A stretch of 64,000 bases of DNA from an uncultured Gammaproteobacteria bacterium (GCA_964355955.1 CAYHFQ010000001.1:103419-167418), one strand, 5' to 3'; positions 36,915 to 45,914 are shown, counted from the first letter of the stretch. Made by a program: numbers and translations. Notes: generated by a model not told the origin, from the letters alone.

Positions 36915-37481
36915 TTATTCAGTTAGTTTAAGGAATTCTTGGAGGATAATTGGGGCTTTAATGAAACCGTCATCGGCAGTAATATGACCGGCATTGGGGA
37001 GAATAAGGATGTTGGCGGAGAGAGCACTAAATTTTTCTTTGTTTTCTGCTAGTGCGTCGAATGGGTCATTGTCTGATAAAATAGCCGTTGATTTTTTTAG
37101 GACAGATTTTACTTTAGGTAGGTTGATTGGTGTAGTAATCCAAGGATTAGCAGTGGTGATAGTCTCGGCATCCTCAAGATTTTCTAAATTAAACCAACCG
37201 GCAACGAATAAGGCCCCGCCCACCGGAACATTGATTGTTTCTAGATAACGGAGAATGGTTTGGCAGCCTATACTGTGACCTATAAAATAAGTTTGGTTGT
37301 CTGGTGTGCCAACTGAACTGGCTAGATGCTGTACCCAGTTATTGATAGTTGGTGTTTCGGTATCGGGCATGGTTAGTAGATAGACTTGATAACCTCGTTG
37401 TTCGAGTTCAGTTTTGAGCCAGGGTCGCCAGTCGTCGTTCGGTCCTCCGCTCCAACGATGAATAATGAATACACGAGTCAT
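36915..37481 (-). CDS. RBBP9/YdeN alpha/beta hydrolase
   Basis: FIIHRWSG..DDWRPWL, GHSIGC, SDNDP, AGH. Confidence 0.9.
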   Translation of the reverse strand: MTRVFIIHRWSGGPNDDWRPWLKTELEQRGYQVYLLTMPDTETPTINNWVQHLASSVGTPDNQTYFIGHSIGCQTILRYLETINVPVGGALFVAGWFNLENLEDAETITTANPWITTPINLPKVKSVLKKSTAILSDNDPFDALAENKEKFSALSANILILPNAGHITADDGFIKAPIILQEFLKLTE

Positions 37482-37504
37482 ATTAATTAATATTATACAT
37501 ATCT

Positions 37505-37855
37505 CTAAAAAATAATCGGTTTTCGCTCGATGCCGATGGTTTCGATAGTTCTTAGTGAAGATTTATTATCTGTTGTGTAATAAACTGTTATGAGGCGGCC
37601 CCAAACATAAAATGTTAGTTCGTGCCATTGCTTGTTTTCTTTTCGACCTAAAACTAATTTATCGCTTAAATGTTTTTCAATTTCTAAAAAAATCTGCTCG
37701 CTAAGTTTTTTGGCTGATTGACGATAGTTTTCGATGATTGTTTCCTCAGCCGCCAACCCGCTGTCTCGATAGAGTTCAAAAAAGGCTTCTTCGTAGGCAC
37801 GAATGAAGCCGGTAATTGCGGAAACTGCGGATTCGCTATAAGCAATTTTAAGCAT
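37505..37855 (-). CDS. Hypothetical protein, possibly RelE/ParE-like toxin
   Basis: 116 aa. N-terminal MLKIAYSESA and C-terminal LITVYY...IETIGI pattern; coupled to a small upstream ORF. Confidence 0.55.
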   Translation of the reverse strand: MLKIAYSESAVSAITGFIRAYEEAFFELYRDSGLAAEETIIENYRQSAKKLSEQIFLEIEKHLSDKLVLGRKENKQWHELTFYVWGRLITVYYTTDNKSSLRTIETIGIERKPIIF

Positions 37856-38000
37856 ACAACCGCGCTTTAGTTGTTTGCTTTTTTTGGGTTGAGTAAGCTT
37901 TTTTTAGCTTTTGAGCTAAGCGGATGGCAGATTCGTCAATATAGTCAGAGATTATCTGACGAGCTTCGGTTGGGCTATATTGTTTATTTTTGGAGGTCAT
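37848..38000 (-). CDS. Small basic helical protein (50 aa), candidate antitoxin
   Basis: Not in ORF track. MTSKNKQYSPTEARQIISDYIDESAIRLAQKLKKAYSTQKKQTTKARLYA; overlaps the next gene by 8 nt. Confidence 0.6.
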   Translation of the reverse strand: MTSKNKQYSPTEARQIISDYIDESAIRLAQKLKKAYSTQKKQTTKARLYA

Positions 38001-38047
38001 ACTTTGTTTGAAGAATAGTCGTTTATAGCTGAATCGTCAAAGTTAAT

Positions 38048-38782
38048 TTAAAATTGATCTATCCATTGTTTAGTAGCCTTGAACAGTTCGAGTCGAACTT
38101 TTGAAGAGTCAGCGAAATGGTGAGTAGCACCTTTAATGATAGTGAGTTTTTTAGGAGAGTTGGCGGTCGCGAAGTAGGTTTTGGCGCCTTTGACGAGAAT
38201 ACCTTTGCCGGCGGCAATAATACTAAGAGGTTTCTTAAAATTAGTGGCTAGTTTATCCCAAGGCAGATTGTCGACTTCCTCGGCCATGACTTTATTGATA
38301 ATGACATTTGGCCCCCAATGCATGAGATAGCCGTTTAATTCTTTAATAAATTTACCACCAGGATAGCCGTATTTTTCTTTGGCGAAAGAGATGTCATAAG
38401 AACCATCCCAAAGAATAGCAGTGTCAAAATTTTGTTTAGGAGAAGTCAGAATAGTCGGAGCACCGAAACTGTGCCCAGCGACATAGATTTTTTTGACTTT
38501 GTGTTGGCGAAAATAATTAACGACAGTGTCGAGATCCGCAGCATGGCTGGTGAGTGTGCTGTCGATTAATTGGCGAGCGTCAGCTTGATAGCTGTAGAGA
38601 TTAAAACGATAGACGGCGTAGCCTTGCTTCTCAAACCAGTTAGCGGCTTCGAGATAAAGACTTTCTTCGATGTTGCAGGGCAAGCCGTGAATGATGATCA
38701 GAAGAGGCTGGGTAAGGGAGCCGCTAAAACGGCCGTAAACAACATGCTTGGCGTCGACCTGAATGTTGAGATCTTTATTCAT
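38048..38782 (-). CDS. Alpha/beta hydrolase
   Basis: IIIHGL, AGHSFGA nucleophile elbow, GATHHF; start MNKD. Confidence 0.88.
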   Translation of the reverse strand: MNKDLNIQVDAKHVVYGRFSGSLTQPLLIIIHGLPCNIEESLYLEAANWFEKQGYAVYRFNLYSYQADARQLIDSTLTSHAADLDTVVNYFRQHKVKKIYVAGHSFGAPTILTSPKQNFDTAILWDGSYDISFAKEKYGYPGGKFIKELNGYLMHWGPNVIINKVMAEEVDNLPWDKLATNFKKPLSIIAAGKGILVKGAKTYFATANSPKKLTIIKGATHHFADSSKVRLELFKATKQWIDQF

Positions 38783-38918
38783 ATTGTTTAAGAGTAGCAG
38801 ATTTGACTGAGAGCTCAAATAGGCTTGGTTAGAGGTTAGAAGATTGACTAAAAGGTGATTTTGGGGTAGGTTAGTCTCTTGCTTGGAATGAATTCAAGCA
38901 AGCCACCAGGAGTCTGTT

Positions 38919-39227
38919 ATGAGTTTGAAAAGTGTTGTTTTTGGTTGGATCAATGAGCTGTTGCACAACGAGAAGGCTGTGCAGGAAGTGCTGCGCATCC
39001 TCAGCGTAGCCAGGTTGCCGATGTTCGGTAAGGAAATCCTGACTCGGTGCAAGCCTGAGTTCGGCGTCACGGCAATTTACCCTGCACTACGGTACATGGA
39101 GGGCGAAGGGCTGGTGATCTGTCAGGAGATTTCGTCTCCGAGGATCCTTGCTCTCCGCGGCGGACGAGTTCGTCACTACTACAAAATTACTGATCTCGGA
39201 CGAGCCCGGTTCGTCGGGACGAAGTAG
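38919..39227 (+). CDS. PadR-like winged-helix protein (GC-rich)
   Basis: IYPALRYMEGEGLV...RHYYKITDLGR; AGGAG SD; TTGACT-17 nt-TAGGTT at 38844-38872. Confidence 0.8.
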   Translation: MSLKSVVFGWINELLHNEKAVQEVLRILSVARLPMFGKEILTRCKPEFGVTAIYPALRYMEGEGLVICQEISSPRILALRGGRVRHYYKITDLGRARFVGTK

Positions 39228-39307
39228 ATCTTCTCGGCCCCAGGCCGAACGACAAGCTCCCGCTCGTGAGCGGACTGTGTCGTTCGCGGCGTGGGGTTTG
39301 TTGTTTA

Positions 39308-40264
39308 TTAAGCGTTAGGACAGAGAATAGTGAGAAGTAAGGCCATGCGGATGTAGAGGCCGTTGCGGGTTTGTTCGGGGAAGTAGCGGGCGCGGGGGTC
39401 GGCGTCGACCTCAGGAGCGATTTCGCCAACACGGGGGAGAGGATGGAGGATGATGGCGCTTAGTTTCATGGTGGCGACGTTCCTGGCATTGAGGGCAAAA
39501 CGGGCTTGGACGGCATTGAAAGCAGAGTCGCCTTGAGTGGCGTCGGTGAAACGTTCACGTTGGACACGAGTTTGGTAGAAGACGTCGGCGATGAGGAGAG
39601 TTTGAGTGAGATCTTCGGTAATGGTGTAGGGGATGTTGGCGGCTGTGAGTTCATCTAGAATGTCGGCCTGCATGGCGAGTTCTGGTGGTGAGCAGAAGAT
39701 GAAGTTCCAGTGTTCCTGACTGTCGGTTAAGTATTTGATGATGAGGCGACAGAGGGAACGGACGGTGCGGCCGTGTTTGAGGTCGCCGCAGAGAGCGATA
39801 GTGAGGTTGGGGTTGGCCGGAAAAGAACAGCAGATGGTGTAGAGATCAAGGAGGGCTTGGGTGGGGTGTTCGCCGTCACCGTCACCGGCGTTGATGATGG
39901 GAATATTAGCGACACGGGCTGCGGCTGCAGCAGCACCACGTTCCTTGTGACGGATGACGAGGGCGTCGATTTCGTAAGATTGGAGAACTTGGATGGTGTC
40001 TTCGAGCGTTTCACCTTTGGCGGCGGAGGAGAAGATGCCAGCGGCTTCCGTGAATTCGGTGCGGCCACCTAAATAGCGAACGGCGAGGCCAAAACTGGTG
40101 CGAGTACGAGTGCTTGGTTCGTAGAAGAGGAGGTAGACCAATTTACCGTGGAGGTAATTGAGGACGCCATGATCGCGGCGTTCTTGTTTGAGGCGGTCGG
40201 CGGTGGCGAAGAGGCTTTGAATGGTGGTGCGGTCAAATTGGGAGGCGGAGAGAATATGTTGCAT
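39308..40264 (-). CDS. pyrB: Aspartate carbamoyltransferase catalytic subunit
   Basis: FYEPSTRTRTSF, KGETLEDT, INAGDG.GEHPTQALLD, GDLKHGRTVRS, RVQRER, HPLPR. Confidence 0.97.
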   Translation of the reverse strand: MQHILSASQFDRTTIQSLFATADRLKQERRDHGVLNYLHGKLVYLLFYEPSTRTRTSFGLAVRYLGGRTEFTEAAGIFSSAAKGETLEDTIQVLQSYEIDALVIRHKERGAAAAAARVANIPIINAGDGDGEHPTQALLDLYTICCSFPANPNLTIALCGDLKHGRTVRSLCRLIIKYLTDSQEHWNFIFCSPPELAMQADILDELTAANIPYTITEDLTQTLLIADVFYQTRVQRERFTDATQGDSAFNAVQARFALNARNVATMKLSAIILHPLPRVGEIAPEVDADPRARYFPEQTRNGLYIRMALLLTILCPNA

Positions 40265-40347
40265 AAAAAAACGGAACGCAGAGAGCGTTCCGTGGTTAGG
40301 TTAAATATTTGAGGATAATTGGTGCATAGGTTGGTGCGGGTAGTATA
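40265..40347 (-). promoter_or_regulatory. pyrB leader: -10, 8-codon uORF, terminator hairpin
   Basis: TATACT (40342-40347), uORF MHQLSSNI (40301-40327), 9-bp stem ACGGAACGC / GCGTTCCGT, then a T run directly before the ATG. Confidence 0.6.
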
Positions 40348-40374
40348 GCATGAAGTTGGATTTGGCGTTGTTGT

Positions 40375-40995
40375 TTATTCGATGATGAGGACTTCGTCGT
40401 CGCGGAGGGTTTTGTAAGGGAGATTGTGTTGCTGGCAGTACTCGACTTCTTGGGCGATGGCGGGAGATTCTGGGTGATCTGAGTCCCAGTGCGGGAGGAA
40501 TATGTAGCCGATGAGGTTGAGACCAGTCCAGATGACTGCGGGGAGTTCGGGGTAGGGAGTTTCAGTGGCGTCGTCGACAATTTGGTAGGCGTCGAGATTC
40601 GGGGAGAGCACGCAACCGGCGGCGCTATAGCCAGCGTAAAGAAAATTGTCGGGAAGGAGAGATTGTGTGAGAATGATGTCGAGTCCACTGAGCTTCATGG
40701 CTTGGCGTAGAATGAAGACGTTGCCGCCGCTGACAAAGATAGCGCCGACTTCGTTTAGTTTGGCTTGAAGGCCGGCCTGTTGGCCAAAATAATCGTGCAG
40801 ATCCAGAGTCTCTACAGTTAAGCCTAGCTCGAGCAGTGAGTCGAGATCTTTTTGGACGTGAGCGTCACGGCGAGCCTGATCGACGTTAGTGAAATCGAGA
40901 GCGTTCGGGATATAGGCAATGCGATCATGAGGAATGAGGGTTTTTAATTTGGCGGTTTGGTCGCCGAGGCGAAAGGAGGAGAGATAGAATTTCAT
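40375..40995 (-). CDS. Peptidase E (S51, class I glutamine amidotransferase-like)
   Basis: YIPNALD, IFVSGGNVFIL, YAGYSAAG, LPHW. Confidence 0.9.
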   Translation of the reverse strand: MKFYLSSFRLGDQTAKLKTLIPHDRIAYIPNALDFTNVDQARRDAHVQKDLDSLLELGLTVETLDLHDYFGQQAGLQAKLNEVGAIFVSGGNVFILRQAMKLSGLDIILTQSLLPDNFLYAGYSAAGCVLSPNLDAYQIVDDATETPYPELPAVIWTGLNLIGYIFLPHWDSDHPESPAIAQEVEYCQQHNLPYKTLRDDEVLIIE

Positions 40996-41045
40996 ACCTT
41001 GGTGTAGTGTGGTAAAATAAGGGAACTGATGCTTTAAGTTGTAGT

Positions 41046-41924
41046 ATGCCTAATAATAAACCAGGTGAACAGGCAGGCCAGGGGGAGGTGCAAAAGGTTG
41101 AGGTGGTTGATAATAGAGTCGAAAAGGCTGCGTTAGCGCAAGTGGCGGAGCAGGAACAAGAGGTTAGAGTTGAGACTTTGGCGCAGGCTTTGGAACGAGG
41201 TAGGGGATACATGGAGGACATGGTGGCCGAAAGAAATGAGTTTAAAAGGCCGTATCGTGAAAGTTTACAGGAACGGGCGGAGAAGTTGGGAGAAGTTGAG
41301 ACTTTGCGGGAGTTGCAGAGGCAGGTGGAGGATTTGCGCGCTTTGTTATTGGCACGAACTGGGCCTAATCCGATGCCAGAGCAGATTGCCTGGGCACAGG
41401 GCGAGGCGCGTGAAGGACTTTTAAGGTTGGCGTATGGCGCGCGAGCTTTTACAAGACATCACCGCGTACCGCCGTTCAGAGTTGGTGGGGCGATGTTGGC
41501 TTTGCGACGAGTAAGTGAGGAAGATAGTAATCCATATGCTATAGCTTTTGCTGCTAATACAAAAGTGGATGATAATCATGACGCGACTCCAGCGGGTGAG
41601 AAGTGGTGCGCCGAGCAGTATTTAATGGATTTAGTTGCGGAGCCAACCAATCCTGGTGAAACTGGTATTTATAAGATTCTTTCTTTTGGAGTAGTGGCTG
41701 AACCGAGAAGCGATGACAAGAGTGGTAAGTTGCATGAGACATTAACTCCTTGTGCTATTTGTCGAGATAGAATGGTGTATGACCCAAAGCTAACTGGGCC
41801 AGCGGGAATCGTTTCACTGGAGACGGAGATTGTGACGCAGAGCGTGAAGGATCCGGCTGCGAAGAGAATTGACCCGGTGGCGCATTTGCATGGGATGCAT
41901 GGGGAGAGTATTGAGGTGGATTAG
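41046..41924 (+). CDS. Coiled-coil protein with C-terminal cytidine-deaminase-like domain
   Basis: FRVGGA, AN, WCAEQ and TPCAICRD zinc-deaminase motifs. Confidence 0.75.
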   Translation: MPNNKPGEQAGQGEVQKVEVVDNRVEKAALAQVAEQEQEVRVETLAQALERGRGYMEDMVAERNEFKRPYRESLQERAEKLGEVETLRELQRQVEDLRALLLARTGPNPMPEQIAWAQGEAREGLLRLAYGARAFTRHHRVPPFRVGGAMLALRRVSEEDSNPYAIAFAANTKVDDNHDATPAGEKWCAEQYLMDLVAEPTNPGETGIYKILSFGVVAEPRSDDKSGKLHETLTPCAICRDRMVYDPKLTGPAGIVSLETEIVTQSVKDPAAKRIDPVAHLHGMHGESIEVD

Positions 41925-41953
41925 TGGGTTTTTCACAAAAGTCTATTTTATTT

Positions 41954-43210
41954 ATGAAATCAGTTACTATATGTCCGATGCCACAGTCGCATAGTCGGCT
42001 ACATGAGGCCCATCGTTTTTGGCATGAGGCGGAAAGGGCATATCAAGATCCAATCGAATTCACAGCAAAGCTGAACGCATTGTTACAAGCGTTGCGGAAC
42101 GTGACATTTGTCATGCAAAAAGAACTTTCGAAAGACGAAAATTTCGATCAGTGGTATAGGGAAAAACAGGTTAAGATGAGGACTCTAGACTACATGAAAT
42201 GGGCTGTAGATGCCCGTAATTATATCGTAAAACAGGGTGACTTGGAGAAAAGGAGTTTTGCTATGGTGTCTTTGCTCACGTACGCAGATAACCTTGTCGT
42301 CAAAGAAGAGGTTTCGCCTTTTTTAGGATTACCGACATTGTCCGCAATATACGCAAAGCGTATTCAGAATCAAGATCCACGCTGGGATGTTGTGCTGGAA
42401 GTTGAACGAAGCTGGATGATTACAGCCTTTCCTGAAAGAGAAGTTTTGCTAGTACTACAGGACGTATTTCAAGTCCTTCATGAGATGCTTTCCGAATGGC
42501 ACACACGACACGAAGTCGTTATTAATACTTGTTCTGTTTCTAATACCGTCGATTCTCAGGAAAAATGTACTATGGGGTCGGATGAGTATCGTACCATTCG
42601 CTCCTCTTTAAATGAGGGTGGAATACTGACGGTTCAATCTCATATCATTAAGATTGATGACAAAATTAGGAAAATTGCTCATGAGAGATATCAGATCAAA
42701 AATAACTTGCTTGAAAATGGTGAAGTATCGCCTGAGTGGGAGGATGAACCATGGATAAGCGTTAATCACTTCATGCAATTAGCAAAGAAGATTCTTCAAA
42801 AAGATAAGTACCATCATCCGCACTTTTTCCTCTTTAGTTGTGGTATTTTAAGGGAAATTATTCCTGTTACTTATCACAACCGTCCTGAGAAATATTTAGT
42901 TATTAGGCATATGGCTAAGTATGTGAAGGAAAAAAATATTGATGGGATTATTTTCATTACTGAAAGTTGGACATCAGTGTCTGAACCAGATAAGTATGGA
43001 AATATTACCCCGCCGTCGGATGCAAAGGAAAAAGAAGAACTCCTCACGGTTTATATTGCGACTGCAGATGGACGAGCACGATCATATAGTATTACTTTTG
43101 CAAGAAACTGGACTGGCAAGATTCGATTTGGTGAAGTGACGTGTTCCGATATTCCCCAAAATTCTTTTATGGCACTTTTTTTTAAGGCCTGGGAAGTTAA
43201 ATCCTCTTAA
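41954..43210 (+). CDS. Hypothetical protein, atypical composition; N-terminus possibly HEPN-like
   Basis: LNALLQALRNVTFVMQKE...WY...ARNYIVKQG helical domain; AT-richer and less skewed than neighbours. Start uncertain. Confidence 0.65.
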   Translation: MKSVTICPMPQSHSRLHEAHRFWHEAERAYQDPIEFTAKLNALLQALRNVTFVMQKELSKDENFDQWYREKQVKMRTLDYMKWAVDARNYIVKQGDLEKRSFAMVSLLTYADNLVVKEEVSPFLGLPTLSAIYAKRIQNQDPRWDVVLEVERSWMITAFPEREVLLVLQDVFQVLHEMLSEWHTRHEVVINTCSVSNTVDSQEKCTMGSDEYRTIRSSLNEGGILTVQSHIIKIDDKIRKIAHERYQIKNNLLENGEVSPEWEDEPWISVNHFMQLAKKILQKDKYHHPHFFLFSCGILREIIPVTYHNRPEKYLVIRHMAKYVKEKNIDGIIFITESWTSVSEPDKYGNITPPSDAKEKEELLTVYIATADGRARSYSITFARNWTGKIRFGEVTCSDIPQNSFMALFFKAWEVKSS

Positions 43211-43595
43211 CTTTAATAGTTATGAAGCAATATAGCCTAGTAAAGGTTTGTTCTATTATGTGAGGTGCCTAACCTGCACCTGAAATGCATGGGTTCACAT
43301 ATACGAAATAATCCTGGTGGAGGAAAGGGGATTGCTCGCACTTTTCGGATCGTCGTCGCTTATCGAGGGCTAGGTATGAAAACTAAGCTTGAAAACGAGA
43401 TTAAGTATTTCAGTCTTTTAACGAATAGCCCTCGTTGGACCCCATGGTACTGCAGGATGCCGATGAGGTAGTGTGAACATTCGAGCGTACGTCAAATATT
43501 TATCACAGCAGGGGAGCATTTTGGATAAGCGTGAGCTGCTTGGTAATTTGCTCAGCAGGCTGATATACTTCAATAAATAGATTAATTTCTCCAAA

Positions 43596-44243
43596 ATGAG
43601 TTTAATTATGCAGAATCTGCAAAAAATTAAAGGATATCTGATAAAGTCGGTAATCCTTGCTGTTATAATCATTTATGTCTTTCATTACTTTACAACTACA
43701 GTAGACGAAACTGGATTTTTGGGCATGAATACAAATGGAAGACAAATTTTTATTCAGTCGATGGATCACTACATGAAAACAATGGATAGTAGCGTGACGG
43801 TGAGTTCCGAATGGGATAACTATTCTCTTCTGGAAAGGCTGTGGCAAGAACCAATGCGAACGACTTTGAAAATGGATAAAGCCATGAGTGAAGATGATTA
43901 TTTACAGTTTCAGATTGCAGGAGGGTTTTCGGAAACTACTCGCTCTAAAGATGTAGAGACTAGTCTTGAAACACCGTATGTAGATTTCGTGCGTAATTTA
44001 TCTGAAATCAGCTTGTCCGAAGACTATTCGGTGTCCTCCGAGGAGCTGGAAACGATCGCTAATGAAGCTGGCGTAGTGACATACCGTGACTTATTGCGTG
44101 GGTTCGGATTTACTTCATATGAGTATTATGTGAATGGCGAGTTGATAAGCTCAATAATTTTAAATCCGCAGATTACGAATCACGTTCAAGGAAATTTTAT
44201 ATCGAAAGTTGGTAGTACCGAGAATCAGTCAGTAGCAGAGTAA
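43596..44243 (+). CDS. Hypothetical membrane-anchored protein
   Basis: Single N-terminal TM helix; AT-rich ORF next to tRNA-Ser. Confidence 0.65.
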   Translation: MSLIMQNLQKIKGYLIKSVILAVIIIYVFHYFTTTVDETGFLGMNTNGRQIFIQSMDHYMKTMDSSVTVSSEWDNYSLLERLWQEPMRTTLKMDKAMSEDDYLQFQIAGGFSETTRSKDVETSLETPYVDFVRNLSEISLSEDYSVSSEELETIANEAGVVTYRDLLRGFGFTSYEYYVNGELISSIILNPQITNHVQGNFISKVGSTENQSVAE

Positions 44244-44329
44244 CCCTAACAAAGAATTATTTTATTTGAGACAAGGTCCTACGAATCCCCACGCAAGCTA
44301 AATTGTTGGCTTGCCCTCCCTCCGCAATC

Positions 44330-44360
44330 AAAAATATCCAGACAAGGTCTGGATATTTTT
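44330..44360. terminator. Terminator after tRNA-Ser
   Basis: AAAAATATCCAGAC-AAG-GTCTGGATATTTTT perfect inverted repeat. Confidence 0.8.
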
Positions 44361-44448
44361 GGCGGAAGGGGAGAGATTCGAACTCTCGAAGCCTTGCGGC
44401 TTACGCGATTTCGAGTCGCGCGCACTAGACCAGCTATGCGACCCTTCC
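44360..44448 (-). tRNA. tRNA-Ser(CGA)
   Basis: GGAAGGG acceptor stem, anticodon loop CT-CGA-AA, long variable arm, encoded CCA. Confidence 0.97.
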
Positions 44449-44450
44449 GT

Positions 44451-44558
44451 GCTCGCTTACCCGGCGGTCTTCCGCGCGGGTTCGTAAAAATGTAACTCAC
44501 CCTTGCTCTCGACGCGCCGGCCGCTCGCCTCGCCTGCGCTGCGCTTGGCGGGGGCTCG
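44451..44558. repeat. Structured repeat family C, copy 1
   Basis: TTACCC.GCGGTCT.CCGCGCGGGTTCGTAA...CTCACCCTTGCTC.CGAC...GGCGGGGGCTCG shared with 63829-63936. Confidence 0.88.
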
Positions 44559-44624
44559 TAATGAAATTAGTGGCTCGTGAGTGAGGGGATAATAGCCAAG
44601 AAAGGGGAGAATGGCAAGTTAAGA

Positions 44625-45890
44625 TTAGGCCAGCTTCTGTTGGTTATTGAGGTAAATAGTGGCGGACAGGAGGAGGGCGGTGAGCATAGCCAGGTCATTT
44701 TTGAAGAAGGGGACGTCAACGAGGCCGTGGATAAGGATGGTGAAAAAGGCTGCGAGGAGAGCTAAGCTCATGGGGTTGGTACGATGGTGATAGAGGGTTT
44801 TTAGGGTGAGGTAAGAAATGATGAGGAAGGCGAGGAGGCCGGGGAGGCCGAGTTCGACCCAGATGTTTAGGAAAATGTTGTGAGGGTACTGGAAGATTTC
44901 GAAGTAGGTGGCGTCGTGATAGGGGGTGATGACGCTTGGGAAGCCGGAGAGGCCGGCGCCCTGGAGGGGGTGATCGCGGAGCATCGATAACGTCTCGTGC
45001 CACATTTGGGTGCGAGCGGTGCCGCTGACGTCGTGGAGGAAGATTTTTTCTTTAATTAAGGGGATAGAGAGAGCGCCGATAAGGGCGAGGAGGGCGAGGG
45101 CCGTGCTGACGAATTTTGTGGTGCGAGAGGCTTTAGAGAAGAGAAGAGTGATAAAGAGGGCGGCGGGAATGGCGATGAGGGCGGCTTCGGTTTTAGCGAG
45201 GATGATGGTGAGTGCAATTACTGTGATTGAGGCTGCTAGAGCCAGTTTGTGCTTTGCATTAAGGCCCCCTCCTAACTCCCCCATGGCTGGAGGAGGGTTT
45301 ACGAGTACGACGATGAGTATGGCTAAAATGGGGGCGAGGAAGAGGCCAACGGCGTTTGGAAAGTCGAATATAGATGTTACGCGATGTTCGGCGAGCCAAG
45401 CGAGAGGGAAGCCGAGACCGGTGAGGTATTGGGCCAGACCGAGAAGAGCAACGATGACCGCGCTGCCAGCTAGGGCGATAAAAGCAGACGTCCAGTCGGC
45501 GGGTTTTTTAAAGGTCGATAAGGTTAGAATGAGGATGACGGCTGGCTCGAGGTAATAGGCTTTGAGGATGCCGAGGGCAGTGAAGACGTCAGGGGCGTGA
45601 GCGGCTGCGAAGAAAGCACAGGCGAGGAAAAAGAGAAGGGCTAAGCGCCAACCCTTAGAGTTGGGTAACGCTAAGTGTTGATTATGAAGAAAATGTTTCT
45701 GAACGAGCCAGATGGTGAGGAGGATGAGAGTGAGGATTTCCAAGGCTGTTGTTGGGAGAGGGCCGAGGGAGAAGCGGAGGAGATAGGTGGGGAGGAGGCC
45801 GCAGAATAGTATTAAGCCTAGGCGGAAGTTGGGCCAGGCGAGAATGGCGAAGGAGGTGAAGAGGATGAGGAGAAAAGCGGCGTAGAGCAT
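44625..45890 (-). CDS. O-antigen ligase family (Wzy_C) membrane protein
   Basis: RVTSIFDFPNAVG, R..MW...L.M..DHPL.GAG, YPHNIFLN.W.ELG, IHGLVD. Confidence 0.9.
   Translation of the reverse strand: MLYAAFLLILFTSFAILAWPNFRLGLILFCGLLPTYLLRFSLGPLPTTALEILTLILLTIWLVQKHFLHNQHLALPNSKGWRLALLFFLACAFFAAAHAPDVFTALGILKAYYLEPAVILILTLSTFKKPADWTSAFIALAGSAVIVALLGLAQYLTGLGFPLAWLAEHRVTSIFDFPNAVGLFLAPILAILIVVLVNPPPAMGELGGGLNAKHKLALAASITVIALTIILAKTEAALIAIPAALFITLLFSKASRTTKFVSTALALLALIGALSIPLIKEKIFLHDVSGTARTQMWHETLSMLRDHPLQGAGLSGFPSVITPYHDATYFEIFQYPHNIFLNIWVELGLPGLLAFLIISYLTLKTLYHHRTNPMSLALLAAFFTILIHGLVDVPFFKNDLAMLTALLLSATIYLNNQQKLA
45263..45297 (+). repeat. Palindromic element family E inside the O-antigen ligase gene
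   Basis: GGCCCCCTCCTAACTCCCCCATGGCTGGAGGAGGG, read as PPPAMGELGGG. Confidence 0.9.
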
Positions 45891-45914
45891 AGTGTTTATA
45901 TAGGTCAAGTTTTG

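Noticed and set aside
43265-43471. 68-aa ORF in the tRNA-Ser islet
   Set aside because: GTG start, no motif and no supporting signals; it cannot be supported.
41924-44360. Intact prophage or integrative element
   Set aside because: No integrase, phage genes or clear att duplication; at most a remnant islet.
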